A stretch of DNA of 62,985 bases, counting the filler, from Rhabdomonas costata (taxonomy: Eukaryota): the NCBI GenBank assembly GCA_019059605.1. It is 54 parts of 54 records of this genome, joined end to end, with 100 filler letters (N's around TTAATTAATTAA, not from the genome) between each part and the next. Parts side by side here need not be neighbours in the genome. Positions count along the whole stretch, not along the records: positions 1 to 1,077 come from JAHMHO010030307.1; positions 1,178 to 2,246 come from JAHMHO010030308.1; positions 2,347 to 3,414 come from JAHMHO010030309.1; positions 3,515 to 4,583 come from JAHMHO010030310.1; positions 4,684 to 5,752 come from JAHMHO010030311.1; positions 5,853 to 6,921 come from JAHMHO010030312.1; positions 7,022 to 8,090 come from JAHMHO010030313.1; positions 8,191 to 9,259 come from JAHMHO010030314.1; 46 more parts are not named here. One strand, given 5' to 3'. Under the pieces are notes generated by a model, which was given only the letters and a program-made list of their open reading frames with translations, did not search any database and was not told the origin of the DNA. Made by a program: the position numbers and the translations under genes. Shown one piece after another: positions 1 to 12,299 of the stretch; positions within the stretch are counted from its first letter, which is position 1; the number at the start of each line of letters is the position of its first letter.

Positions 1-160
1 GTGTGTGGTGAATCAATGCTTGGTGATTCATTCAAGTTGGTTCGTTTGTTGAGCACCACTGTGTAGGTCGTACTACTACGGTACTAGTTCTGTGCTTGCT
101 TTTAGCCGGCGTTCCCGTTTGTGTTCGTCTTCATTTGTTTTTTTTTGTCTTTTGCCCCAG

Positions 161-637
161 GGCCCGGAGCGCACCGTGTACGCGGACCACTGGTACGACG
201 GGCTGGTGTTCTTCACGAAGGTCTTCAAGCGGTGGCTGTACTACGACACGGAGCTGCAAAAGCTGTCCATCGGGTGGGGAGCGTCCGAGCTGGCCCGGAG
301 GGAGGGCGTGGCTCGCATTGCCCGCCGGGCAAGGGCGAACAACATTCCGGTGTGTGTCCCTCCCCACCGCGATTGAGGGTGGCTTTTGGCGGCACTGGTT
401 GAGTTGGGTTATGGGACACCGCAACTTCCGTGGCGCGTGGGTGAATGATGGGACTCGCTGAGGTTGCGGGGTATGACGTTCCGCTCAGACGGTGCTTGGG
501 GAGACGGGGATTGCGTTTGACCTTGACGAGAAGGCGGCGTACCGCACTGGGGACTTCCGCAGCCAGGAGAACGCTCTGGACAGCTGTATGCAGGCTCTGG
601 AGGAGGCCCTGGTTGGGTTTACCCTGTGGAACTACAC

Positions 638-638
<1 letters not shown>
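161..638 (+). CDS. GH5 glycoside hydrolase, endoglycoceramidase-related/steryl-beta-glucosidase (GH5_12-like); internal exons 161-349 and 489-638
   Basis: GT-AG intron 350-488 joins in frame. Motifs HWYDG, VLGETGIAFDLD (nucleophile Glu), AYRTGDF..Q..ALD and FTLWNYT. Confidence 0.85.

Positions 639-678
<40 letters not shown>
639..678 (+). repeat. (GT)20 microsatellite beginning at a 5' splice site
   Basis: Read directly from the sequence. Confidence 0.95.
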
Positions 679-679
<1 letters not shown>

Positions 680-1077
680 CTGCATCCTTCTTTGCGACGT
701 GGAATGGGAAGCGCTGGCTTCTGGTGCTCGTTTCCAAAATAAACTCTCACCTTCACACCTTCATCTGCCACACTTGTACCTGTCCACCCAATCTCTCCAA
801 CTGCAACCCGTCTTCACTTTTCAATTTTTGAAGTTGTGTCATATAATTTCCTCGACTTCCGTGTTGCACGTTGTACTCTTACACGTTAAAAGGGTAGGTG
901 AACTACCCAAAAAAAACTTCTGCCTTCCTCGCAAGTATTGATTTGTCAGTATTTCAAACGATCTGGATTGTACAACAACCCTATGCTCCATCGAGGATCA
1001 GAACGTACCGCTCCCCTCCGCTAAAATTATTTGTTCTCATATCCTTCTCTGCGGGTGCACAGAGCGACAACACCACA

Positions 1078-1177
1078 NNNNNNNNNNNNNNNNNNNNNNN
1101 NNNNNNNNNNNNNNNNNNNNNTTAATTAATTAANNNNNNNNNNNNNNNNNNNNNNNNNNNNNNNNNNNNNNNNNNNN
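1078..1177. other. Artificial contig-joining spacer (N44-TTAATTAATTAA-N44); first of about 53 copies, recurring every ~1168 nt
   Basis: Identical palindromic 12-mer with stop codons in all six frames, flanked by 44 Ns on each side, between unrelated sequences of near-equal length (size-sorted contigs). Confidence 0.98.
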
Positions 1178-4100
1178 GGGGTTGGGATCGCCTTCAGTGC
1201 CCCTCCGGGTGTGGTGCCGCGCGGCGCCGTGTCCGCCCATCCACCGCCGGCTCCGCGTTGGGCTCCTCAATGGGCTCCACGGCGTTTCTGCAGGACATCC
1301 TTCCTGCCTCTGCCGCAAAGCGCTGGAAGTCTGCTGCGGGTACGCGTCAGAAGGATTTCTGGTTCTTGCCCCCGAATTGTGATTCCTCCTAAGTGTGTTC
1401 CCCTCGCTTGGGTACATGTCAACAACGGTCCTGTCTTTGCTTTACCGGGTACCGCCCAGCGCCTGCATGGTTCGTATGCAGCGGCACCGTCGACGTGTCT
1501 CGCTCGCTTGACTGCGTGACCTTGCAACTCGCCCCCCCCCCATCTTCATTATGCTTTTTAATATTTTACCGCCTCCCGGGTCACCTTTCAATGTACAGTC
1601 TCGAGCCAGTTTCCTGAGTGAGGTGCGTGAGGTGGACATTCACGGTGTTGGCCTCAGGCCTGATCACACTCAAAGTGTCTGTGTTTAGTTTAGAAAAAAG
1701 AATTAGGTACGTATCCCTGCTTTCCACAATTGCTCAAATCACCGCACTGCTGATTCTTCTGTTGTGCTGTTGATACATCACATGACGGCCAGGCTTGATT
1801 TCTTTTCCTCTGGAAATATTTTCCTTCGCTTGCCTTGTATTTTGGTATTTACGATCCTTCCACCCGTCATGGTTGCAGACTTCACTCTGACAGGGATGCA
1901 GCTAAAATTGACCTCGAGGAGAAGACATTTTATGGGAAAACGAGAGTGCCCTTCGGCAACTTTCGTTTCCGGGGGCGCAGAAGGCAACGGGAGGAAAGGT
2001 ACACAACTGTTTTCATTTTCACAACCAAAAAACGAACTTACTAAAAAGTATGTCAGGGAGAACGCTTCCAGAATCGAGGGATGACGGCGGAGTGGCGGAA
2101 GGGTTTAGTGAGAGCTGAGAGGTAGCACGAACGCAATAACACGAGAGCGGGAGGTAGCTGGTGCAAACGAGAGGCGGCGTCAGCGGCATTTTGGTGCGAG
2201 GGTGTGAGGGCGAGGGAGAACCTCAACCCTAAACTCACCCAACACANNNNNNNNNNNNNNNNNNNNNNNNNNNNNNNNNNNNNNNNNNNNTTAATTAATT
2301 AANNNNNNNNNNNNNNNNNNNNNNNNNNNNNNNNNNNNNNNNNNNNTTTTGGTTGTGGTTTTTTCTACAGCAAAACGATGCCCAAACGGTAGTGAACGAT
2401 TTTGTACGCACAAGCAAGCCAAACATTAGTGTATGTGTATTACCATGATGAAACGAGTGGAGGAACGAATGTTGCAAAGTGTAGGGACAGGTTCTCACGA
2501 CACTCACGAGAACGCCCACAAGACTGCGTATCCCAAACAAGGTATTTCCTGCGGATCGAAGCCGATGGGATGGGTGGGAATATCATCCTGCTCTCAGTTT
2601 CTGTCCCAAGTCTCTCTCAAACGGCCGCATGCCTTTTTACCGCCCCGTTCAGAAACATCACCACCTCTTGGTCACCCCTTTTCACGTTGCAAACAACAGC
2701 TACTCCCCCCCCCCCCCCCGCTCCTATTGCTTCCTACGAACTTAGATGTATGTCATTGATATGCGTGCATGCCAGAAAAAGGGCCAAGGGCGGGGTCGCT
2801 TGCCGTAAATGAAGATTTGCTTATAACATAAAATCTGGTGGTGGTGGTGGGGCAGTCTCCAACATTGTTTTGATTTTTCAACATGAAACTGAAACTGAGT
2901 GAAAAGGTGCTACCGTTTCGCTACAGCACCCTTCAAAATCATACCTGCTATTATCCACGCAAGGGGGTGATGCAAACTCTGGCACTGCACGTGGATACCG
3001 TTGCTTTGTTTTTTTGAGCGCGTCGGGCTCACAACTGCCACCCGACAGGCTACTTTCCCGGAAAGGCAAAAAAAAAGCTGCGACTTTTCTGCCAAAATTT
3101 TGTTGGGGCCCTTTTGATAGCACATGTGGCGCACAAATGAACAGAAAACCCAAGAAAGCTGTGAAAAGCAGACAACAGCAACCCACCCTTGTCCGGGGGT
3201 GTTGACTTGCCCTCTGGGCAATATTCAAACAAGGCCCAGCTCAGCACTTTCACAAAGACGTTGAAGAAAAAATGAAAACAGTACCGGTTCAGAGAAGATT
3301 ACGCCACGGATATCCAAAACTATAAGCAATGCCGATCGTTACTTTCCGGTAAAAAAAAGTTCGACAATTTTCAACTTTAAACCACACATTTCGCAAAACG
3401 AATTCAACCACACANNNNNNNNNNNNNNNNNNNNNNNNNNNNNNNNNNNNNNNNNNNNTTAATTAATTAANNNNNNNNNNNNNNNNNNNNNNNNNNNNNN
3501 NNNNNNNNNNNNNNGTTGTGGTGGGGTCAGTCCTGTCACAGCAAAGGGGACTGAGAAGCGAGTGAGCGAGGCCCCCGTGCTTGGAAGAATGGGCTTTTTG
3601 GAAGACCTTTTTTTTGCGCTGCGCTGTAGATGAACACTTTGAACGCTTTGAACGCTTTGAACGCTTTATAGCATTTTAGAGACTTGCTTAGGTCTTTATT
3701 TTTTGCGGGGGAGTGGGGCGGAGCAATCGAGAGTCGTTGTCGAAGGCAACCGAGAGCGCTTTCCTTCTTCTGCGGCCGTCCGCAATGCATTCTGACAAAT
3801 GAAAATAAATGCTATTCATGTAAGTTTCTTGACCCTTAGTTGGACCGTTGACCTCCGCTGTCTTGGCCTGCAGTGACAGGTGGTACGGTTGCAGGTCGGC
3901 CTCCAAGCAAAAGTTTCAAGTGGCTTGGTTTTCAGTTCTGTTGAGAAGGGTGCGCCGTCATGACTATCACTGATTTGCTGGTCATCTTCCAGCCGTATTG
4001 TTGCTGCTGTCGTAGTTGTCGTATTAGTACGGAGATGTTTTAGCCTTTGTGACTCATTCGCATTTATGGAAAGTCTGCTGCAGTACTTGAAGAAGCCTGA

Positions 4101-5480
4101 GGATGAGCAGGTTTGCGCATGCGGTGATGCGCGTCACCTGTGGCATGTGTCCGTTTTCGTCTCTTCTGTTTGTCTGTATGTCTCACTCACACACTTCCCT
4201 TTGGTGCTTCCATTTTTTCATTTTTGGTTTGCTTTCATCTTCTTCGAATCCGAGGAACTTGCCACGTTGCTGGCTGTTGTTCTCCTTGAGCCCATGATGT
4301 GTGAACATATGCTTTCATGATGAGTGCGCATAAAGCTATCCGCCCTCACTTTTCGAACTTTTCAAGCCGAAGTTTTTCGGCCAGAGCTTTTTAGCATTCC
4401 TCCTCACTTAACTCTGGTACCAGTATGGGCCGGAATGCTTCGGTTTTCAAGTCAGCGGAACCCTCCCTAAATAATTGAGCTGTGCAGCATCCACGAGCAC
4501 ACACAAAAAACGGATTAAAAAACCGCCCTGAAGCAGGCGTTTGTGATTGCCTTGGAGGCTCAGATGACGTTATGCTTGTCTGANNNNNNNNNNNNNNNNN
4601 NNNNNNNNNNNNNNNNNNNNNNNNNNNTTAATTAATTAANNNNNNNNNNNNNNNNNNNNNNNNNNNNNNNNNNNNNNNNNNNNGTGTTGTGGGTGGGGGC
4701 ATAAATCCACTTGATAGGGAGGGGGCCATAAATGCACTTATGCCACTCCTTCAAACGCGGAGTGACCCCGCGCACGTGCATTGTTCAGAAGTCCTCGAAG
4801 TCGAATAATTAGACGAAATTCAATTAAGCATCATCGTAAATCTTGTAAATCGTCATTAGAACTGCCTGTCCATCCAAACCAGTGGTACGAAGCAAACCGC
4901 AGGCAGAACCGGCTCATCTGTGAGATCTGTAAGTAACCCGGGCCGTCAGCCAATCCCATGGATCAATCTTCAACAGCACAATAAGATACAAAAAAGATCG
5001 CGATTATAAAACATAATTAAGGGACTTCGCAGTTCCTGTTTCCTGGAAGACCAACCGGCAGGCATCAGACAGCACAGCGACACAGCAGCCATTAAATTAG
5101 TGGGCAGCAAAGCAGTGGGGGGACTGCAGCACTCAGACCCGGAGACCGTTTGGCCTCAAAGGGACGCAGGAGCAAGACAAAGCTCCCAAAACAAGCAAAC
5201 ACGCAAGGAACATACACAACCATTGCGCCACAAAGGAAGGGTGGATTTGTCCGAAGCCAACGCCACCACTAAAAAATATCTCATATATCATCAACCCGGG
5301 GTTGGAACGCGCATTCCACATCAAGTGAGCTGTGTGACCGGGAACAGACAATACCAGAGGGGGGAGAGATGAGGAAAGGGTTTACTATAACAACAAATAA
5401 AATTCTTAACTTGCAGACAGACAAACCCAACATGCCACGGCCCCTTTGATTGGGCGCGGTTTCACCTACAATCTTTTGTT

Positions 5481-5716
5481 TCACAATGGAATCGCCGGGC
5501 TGAACGCCGGACTCACCCCCGGGGTCCCGGGGTACGAGGTGACCATCCCTAACGTGCACGCCGCGGGCAGGCAGGTGGCCGTGGGGACCACGTCGTAGCT
5601 CGGGTTGCCCATAACCAGGTCATAGGAAGCCACAGAGGGGGGAAAGGTATACGCCGGCGCTAAGCCCGCCATGGGGTCACAGACAGCTGGGTAGCAGGGC
5701 ATAGCAGGGCAGAGAT
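5481..5716 (-). CDS. Probable terminal exon of an unknown Pro-rich protein
   Basis: CAG acceptor, coding-like composition, ends in TGA; no family recognised. Confidence 0.4.
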
Positions 5717-5927
5717 CTGCGGGGCGGGGCCGAAAGAAGCACAACCACAACANNNNNNNNNNNNNNNNNNNNNNNNNNNNNNNNNNNNNNNNNNNNTTAA
5801 TTAATTAANNNNNNNNNNNNNNNNNNNNNNNNNNNNNNNNNNNNNNNNNNNNGTTTTTTGTTTTTTCCATCCCGCTATGGCACCGGAATGCGGCTGGCCC
5901 TCCTGTTGGGGTCCCGTGCGGGTCGCG

Positions 5928-6912
5928 ATGCTTCTCCTTCTCTCGTTCGGCCTGCTGGAGTGGGGCGTGGGGGCAGTGGTCATTTCCAATACGCAGCCCC
6001 GCTTCGACACCTCGGGGCAGTGGATGGATGTGCACGACGGCAACGTGGTGCAGGTCAACGGGCTGTACTACTGGGCTGGGATGCGCTACGGGGCGTGCCC
6101 GCTGCTGTGCCAGCCGTACCCTTTGGTAATGAAGGCATTGCACAAGTACTGCGTTTCTAGTTATGTGCACACGCACTGCTGTCGACGAAATATTGAGCTA
6201 TCACTTGTGGTAGCTTGTTTCACGGGGTTTTGGGGGGGGTGTATGGGAAGTATTCACTCTTCTGCTTGTGCCTTTCCTGTTTGTGTGTGTGTATGCTTGG
6301 TCTTTCCGTTGCACTCCGCTTTGTTGTTGGTAGAAGCACTCTTGGGCCAATCGGCTTCGAAAACCGGATTAATTTTGCGTTCCGGAATCGTTCCAATGCA
6401 ACAACTTGGTAGCTGCATTGCACGTTGCTGACGGTTCTGTTGTCAACGAAACGGAACCAAGTGCTGAATGAGGTTTGTTTATCGCCGTGCGGGAATCCGG
6501 GCCCACATTTCCCTCCAGCTTGTATCCTCGTCATGTATCTGTCTTATCTGTGGAATCTATCGTTTTGTCACCTTATGCTGCAGTCTTGGTTGCGATTGGC
6601 ATGAAAGTCGTGGGAACATGCTGGACCTTAGGCACGTTCGGGGAGGTTGCCTTTGTCTTGCGGACCGCGGAATGGTGACCGAGCCTTCACCATTGCCCAC
6701 CATAGGATGTCAATTTGACCCTGTGAAATAAAGAATAGCCCCAACCCACTGCTCAGAGTGGTGTGCACGTGAATCTCCAGGACACCTGCCAGACCTGCTG
6801 CCCCAAACTGATTCCCTTCCGCATCTGCCCCGGGTGTTGCCGAGGCAGCGTCCTGGAGACCCCCGTGTGCGGCTTTTTCAGCAACCACACCATCGCCTTG
6901 TACAGCTCCCCC
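5928..6912 (+). CDS. Secreted GH43-like beta-propeller glycosidase, N-terminal part; exons 5928-6125 and 6781-contig end
   Basis: Hydrophobic signal peptide; ISNTQPRFDTSGQWMDVHDG..VQVNGLYYW.G..YG; after phase-0 GT-AG intron 6126-6780, CGF.SNH.IALYSSP. Confidence 0.75.
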
Positions 6913-9471
6913 AACCCCCACNNNNNNNNNNNNNNNNNNNNNNNNNNNNNNNNNNNNNNNNNNNNTTAATTAATTAANNNNNNNNNNNNNNNNNNNNNNN
7001 NNNNNNNNNNNNNNNNNNNNNTTGTGGTGCTTTCGGCCAGAGCCAAATCAAAAGGGATGTCAGGTGGGACTCAAGACAGTTATTTCAGACTTGCCACACC
7101 CAGTGCTGTAAACTTGCTTTCGGCGAAATCATTAGCTTAACGACGATGTAAGTCCCCCAAAAACTGCGAGTGAGATGAATAAATGCTAAATCGCAGTTGC
7201 AGTTACTGTAACCCTCTCCTGCAATTACCACATGCTTTACTGCTTTCTCTTGAATGCTTTACTGAATCTTTTAAACCCCGACCACCACCACCACCATCAC
7301 CACCGCCGGTTTGACGCTCCACACTCCGTCATGCAAAATCCGCTGGTTTTTTCTTTATTTTCTTTATCGGCTGCACTGTCTTCAACTTCAGACAACCTGA
7401 CCGACACGCTGAACTTCTGCCTCGCCGGTTTTGGATTTCTTGTCACTTCCGCAACACAGCTTTATGATAAGGCGACACAGGTCCCTGAAGTCTGGCGTTG
7501 ATCGCACAACACCCCGACACAGAGGAAATTAGGCATTACAGAAATAGGAAAATGGAGGCAATGCAGAATGTAAGGTGGTACGCAAAGGCGGTGTGCAATG
7601 TTCTGAATCGGGGGGGGGGGGGAAGGGGGAAGGCCCAAAGTCGCCTACCTTGGGTTCGACGTAGGTGCCCTGCATCTTCTGCGCAAACTCCCGGTGCTCG
7701 ACCCGAGGGTTGGGGAATGTCTCCAAGAGAGCAGCCACCTTTGTCCACACGTGCGGCGGCAGCGGATGCGCCGTTGTGCGTTCGTGCGCTGTGTACTGGA
7801 ATTGAAATTGATTTGGGAGCTTAGCGAGATGAAGGAAAACGAAAAAGCATGTGGAGGAGCCATGGAGCTGGACAGACGACAAGTCATCATACGAAAGTCG
7901 GCTTTGCAACAGTTTTCCTACCTTGCGGCACAGCATGTTTGGCGTTTTTTCGACCGTGTTAGTCTTGCCACATCTGATTCACCTGAAACTCGCTGGCTGC
8001 CCCAGAATGGTTAACATGGTTTACAGCATGAGACAGCGCAGTCCAAGTACATGTCCACCGCACAACAGACGGGTCCGCGCAAAACCCACANNNNNNNNNN
8101 NNNNNNNNNNNNNNNNNNNNNNNNNNNNNNNNNNTTAATTAATTAANNNNNNNNNNNNNNNNNNNNNNNNNNNNNNNNNNNNNNNNNNNNTTGTGGGGGT
8201 GGTGAGGCGATGGGCTGCATTGCGTTTTCCTACAGATGGAGCCCAGATGTGTGTCTTTACGCCAAACCTCCAAAGAGCCTCATTCCACAAGTTTTGTCAA
8301 AGTCCTGTCGAGAAAGATATCGTATGCTTTTGGTGACACCAGAGTAAATTGAAGCCACATGGTATCCTTTGCTGAAAGATATGACGATCAGATGCCATAG
8401 ATGGAATTGTATTTAGGATCCACAGGAAATCTTCGATCAAGGCCGCGATTGTCCACGGTGTTCTCCTACGTTGTTGGAAAGATACTGACGGATTGTAGAG
8501 TGTAGTTAGTTATTGGGTTATCTACACAGGCGATTAGAGTTGGTTATCCACAAGTTGGTAAGGTGGAGTTGATTGTGTTATCAAATGAGGAGACGAGTTT
8601 TTGATTCTTTATACTGCGTGTTTGTACCCTTGTTTTCCATTTCAGAATCAAAGAACAATTCGTCTACGAAAGAGAAGGAGGTAAGTTTATCCACTCGGGA
8701 TACTTCCCTTCCACAGCAAGATCCAGGTACTGCGCCATTGGTGTTTCAAATCAACAGCTGAGAGCGATCCAACCATTCTGAGAAGCGGTGTGAAGCGGTG
8801 AGAGTGTGTGCGTGGGTGTGTGGATGATGGGTGAAAATTAACAGCGTTGGTTGTGTGAGAGGTGAGAATCCACAGCGCGAGTGGGTTGTGTGGAGATCTC
8901 TGACTAAGCTACTGAGTGTTTTCAAGTTTACCTTTGAGAATCTTGACTGAGTGCTGAAGTACTTCCCAGTGTTGATCAGTCCAGAGTTGATAATGCAGCA
9001 ACCATCTGCTAGTAAGAGTTACAGATCAAATCTCCTGACGTTCGTGCAAACCAACAATCAGAACCGTTATGACAGATGCACGGAGTGTTTCGGACGGACA
9101 GCTACAGTGGTGGAAAGAATTTGTAAAAAAGTTATGCAAAGGTTGAATGTGGCTTCTCCAAATGTGGTAGAGAATTCCAAGAGGTAGATAGCAGTTGTGG
9201 AGTGGATATCGTGCAAGTACAAATGTCAGACAGAGAATAAGGATGTCAAGAACTTGGTTNNNNNNNNNNNNNNNNNNNNNNNNNNNNNNNNNNNNNNNNN
9301 NNNTTAATTAATTAANNNNNNNNNNNNNNNNNNNNNNNNNNNNNNNNNNNNNNNNNNNNGTTGTTTTTTGAGATGCTTCCGCTTTATGATCTTTTGGAAA
9401 TCTGAGCACATCCGAGACGGCTACTTTCAGTGACATGTGTTTATTGGCTTCTTTGACGTTACCTTTGGGGG

Positions 9472-9539
9472 TTAGGTTTAGGGGGTTAGGGTTAGGGTTA
9501 GGGTTAGGGTTAGGGTTAGGGTTAGGGTTAGGGTTAGGA
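9472..9539 (+). repeat. Interstitial telomeric repeat: (TTAGGG)8 at 9486-9533 with degenerate flanking units
   Basis: Read directly; unique sequence on both sides. Confidence 0.95.
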
Positions 9540-9926
9540 TTCCTGGCCGTGGGTACAATTCTAAAGTAATGCCGAATAAAAGTGCCCATGAAACCGGTGT
9601 GTCATCGGCTCTCGGTATGGTATCATCGACGCATCAACGGATTGCCTTCTTTTCATCGACGTTAAATATGATGTTGACGCAAGAATCGATAAGGTTACTG
9701 CTGGGGCAAACAGGACTTTTTGGGTTTTGGCAAATATTCCTTATAGGTCAGCATCATTAGTATTTGGGCACACACAGGGTAGCAAGCGGACTGAACTCAC
9801 ATTCCGAAGGAACATTTGAGATGACATTGAGAAACGGGATGCCTCCGAACATATTCGACGCAATATAATGACTTCAGTTCCCGCTGTCGCAGGCAGGATG
9901 CGAGGGACACGCAACCAACACCTCAC

Positions 9927-10178
9927 ATACGGCTGGGAGACGTCCAGGGTGGTGTAAAGCATCCAGGGGTTCGCCCGCAGCAGCAGAAACATGGAGCTCT
10001 GGAAGGGCAACAGAGCGGAGGTGTTGGCTCGGATGACGGTGCCGGGCCGCCGCAGCACCCCAGAGGAGCCCACCATGAACACCGTGGAGTTGGCCACGGC
10101 TTCCACCCGCTCCACAAGGGAGTTCAGGTGAGAGACCACACTGGTGGCCAAGGTGACTCGCGCCTGGCGGGCAACGTC
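9927..10178 (-). CDS. Internal exon of an unknown protein (DVARQARVTLATSVVSHLNSLVERVE...)
   Basis: AAG acceptor, GT donor (exact position uncertain), high GC3. Confidence 0.5.
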
Positions 10179-10532
10179 CTTTGGGGATAGGAGAGAGCCG
10201 ACCCAATAAACTACCGCGTTCCGCTGGCAGGACGATGAACAACGAATGAGGAGAAGGCCACCAATATCACTGCGGACACTTCTATCGTGCAAACTGTCGG
10301 ATGTGGGAGGATAATTTTGTAGTTGCGAACAACCTCTATAGTCCGCAAATCAGATTTTCGCGCAATGACATTGTGAAAAAGAGTAAAGTACCGGGTATAA
10401 CAGCATAACGGTAACGGTATAACACAAAACCNNNNNNNNNNNNNNNNNNNNNNNNNNNNNNNNNNNNNNNNNNNNTTAATTAATTAANNNNNNNNNNNNN
10501 NNNNNNNNNNNNNNNNNNNNNNNNNNNNNNNC

Positions 10533-10670
10533 GCGGCCTTTGTGGACAAGATCACCGGGTTCTACTAGGCCAAGCAGCGGGTGCCAGTCGCGGAGTTGAA
10601 GGAGCACCTTACCCAGCTGCTCCAGATCGCGGTCTTGACGGACGTGCCCCGGAGCGGCCGGAGCCCTTGA
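10533..10670 (+). pseudogene. Coding-like 3' gene end interrupted by an in-frame TAG (pseudogene, error or readthrough)
   Basis: AAFVDKITGFY*AKQRVPVAELKEHLTQLLQIAVLTDVPRSGRSP*; G/C-ending codon bias continues after the TAG. Confidence 0.45.
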
Positions 10671-11377
10671 AGGCGAAAGAGGGGCATGTTGGGCAATGTT
10701 GGGGGGTGGAACGCGTGGGGCACACTTGGGTTAAAGCTCAGGACGTGAGCCCCCCGAAGCTCGATTTGGATTGGTTTGACGGCCCGATTGTACTGAAGGC
10801 GTCCCGCAGCAGGTTGCGCCTCGCACACTAGCCAGGCGGGGCAACAGTGCGCGTGGTCGTCGAAGGCGTTCCGGCGTGACCCTGCTATTCCAGTCCGAAG
10901 ACGGTTGCAACCACGTCAAATAATCTGACAACGATCGAGTCACAATTTGCAGAAGCAGGAGATGAATACGTTAACGATCACAACAAAAGCAGCATGAAGG
11001 GCCACAGCACATCGTGTCAGCATCTGCAACATGAGGTTGTTGTTTTCTTTGGCATTCATTTTTCAGGGCCTCGAAAAACCCCTGTCGCAGCGCAACACAC
11101 CCAGTCCTCGCTCGCAAAGGCAAAGAAACGTTCCGCAGATTCCAACCTCGCAGAGGATGTTATAAATGTTGAAGGAGCTGGGGTGAAGGCGAACAAGAAA
11201 GGACTTGGAAGCACCTTCGCTTTATTGCGCGATTTTCCCGACTCCACGGCATGCTAGCGCATTTTCATCCCCGCTTCTTTTTTTCGTCCTGAACTTTTCA
11301 AATTTTTGTGGAAGAGTTGCAGGGCACCATCGACAACCCGCTCTGGTTCTGTTTCACTTAATCATTTTTCTGCGCAG

Positions 11378-11443
11378 TACGTATATCTTCGAGAAAACCT
11401 CATCCAGACCTTGGATTCCCCATTCACGCTGATGAATCTCAAG
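11378..11443 (+). CDS. Leucine-rich repeat exon of 22 codons (YVYLRENLIQTLDSPFTLMNLK)
   Basis: CAG/GT-bounded phase-0 exon matching LxLxxNxIxxL; a probable upstream exon lies near 11067-11182. Confidence 0.6.
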
Positions 11444-11894
11444 GTCAGTGGGTTTTCTTTTTCGCTTTCGGATTTTGTTTCCCATCTTTGGTAGTTCGTA
11501 TCTTTGGCTGTTTTTACCTTCCCATATAGATTTTGGACTTGAGTATGAACAGCATCGCTGGCGGCTGTCCTTGGCTTTCACTGACACCAAACCTTCGGGN
11601 NNNNNNNNNNNNNNNNNNNNNNNNNNNNNNNNNNNNNNNNNNNTTAATTAATTAANNNNNNNNNNNNNNNNNNNNNNNNNNNNNNNNNNNNNNNNNNNNT
11701 GCCCGCAAGCGATCTCTGTGAGGGGACTCCATAATCAGTGTCTTTGGTTCGGTGCTCGTGTCAACCAGGTTCGCGGTGCACGCCTTCATGATTGCTATCC
11801 CATGGTGTGCTTGAGGGTGGTGTCAGCTTGACCCGAATTCCATGAGATTGCATGTTGTTTCCACGTGCCGATTTTTTGAAACCTTGCTGTGCAG

Positions 11895-12236
11895 GTTCTG
11901 GGGCTGCTGCACGTCTCGAAGTCCATCGTGGGCAACGACCTGATTCGGGGCGTCAGTGGGGGGGAGAGGCGGAGAGTCTCGATTGGGGAGATGTGGGTCA
12001 GCCACGTCAAGCTTCTGCTGGCCGACCACCTCACCGACGGCCTGGACAGCGCGACGACGTGCGACGTGCTGGCCGCGCTGCGGGTTTGGTGCCGGGCGCT
12101 GCGCACCACGGTGGTGCTGACCCTGCAGCAGCCCCCGCCTGAGGTATACCGGTGCTTCGACCACGTCGCCGTGATGGAGGAGGGCACAGTGGTGTTCTGC
12201 GGAAGCCTCTCCGAGGCGGCAGGGTTTTTCTCCAAG
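11895..12236 (+). CDS. ABCG/PDR-type ABC transporter, nucleotide-binding-domain exon
   Basis: IVGNDLIRGVSGGERRRVSIGEM signature, GLDSAT D-loop, LQQPPPEVY..FD; CAG/GT boundaries, 114 codons. Confidence 0.93.
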
Positions 12237-12299
12237 GTGTGCTGAGCTCATGTGATGCCCCACCACCACACACAAATCAGCGCTGTCACACGTGCGGAC

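Noticed and set aside
1122..1133. Regularly spaced TTAATTAATTAA as a CRISPR-like or biological repeat
   Set aside because: It is embedded in N runs and is a synthetic six-frame-stop linker
3638..3667. (TTTGAACGC)3 and similar short duplications (30029-30054, 17238-17289)
   Set aside because: Simple slippage-type tandem repeats without array or spacer structure
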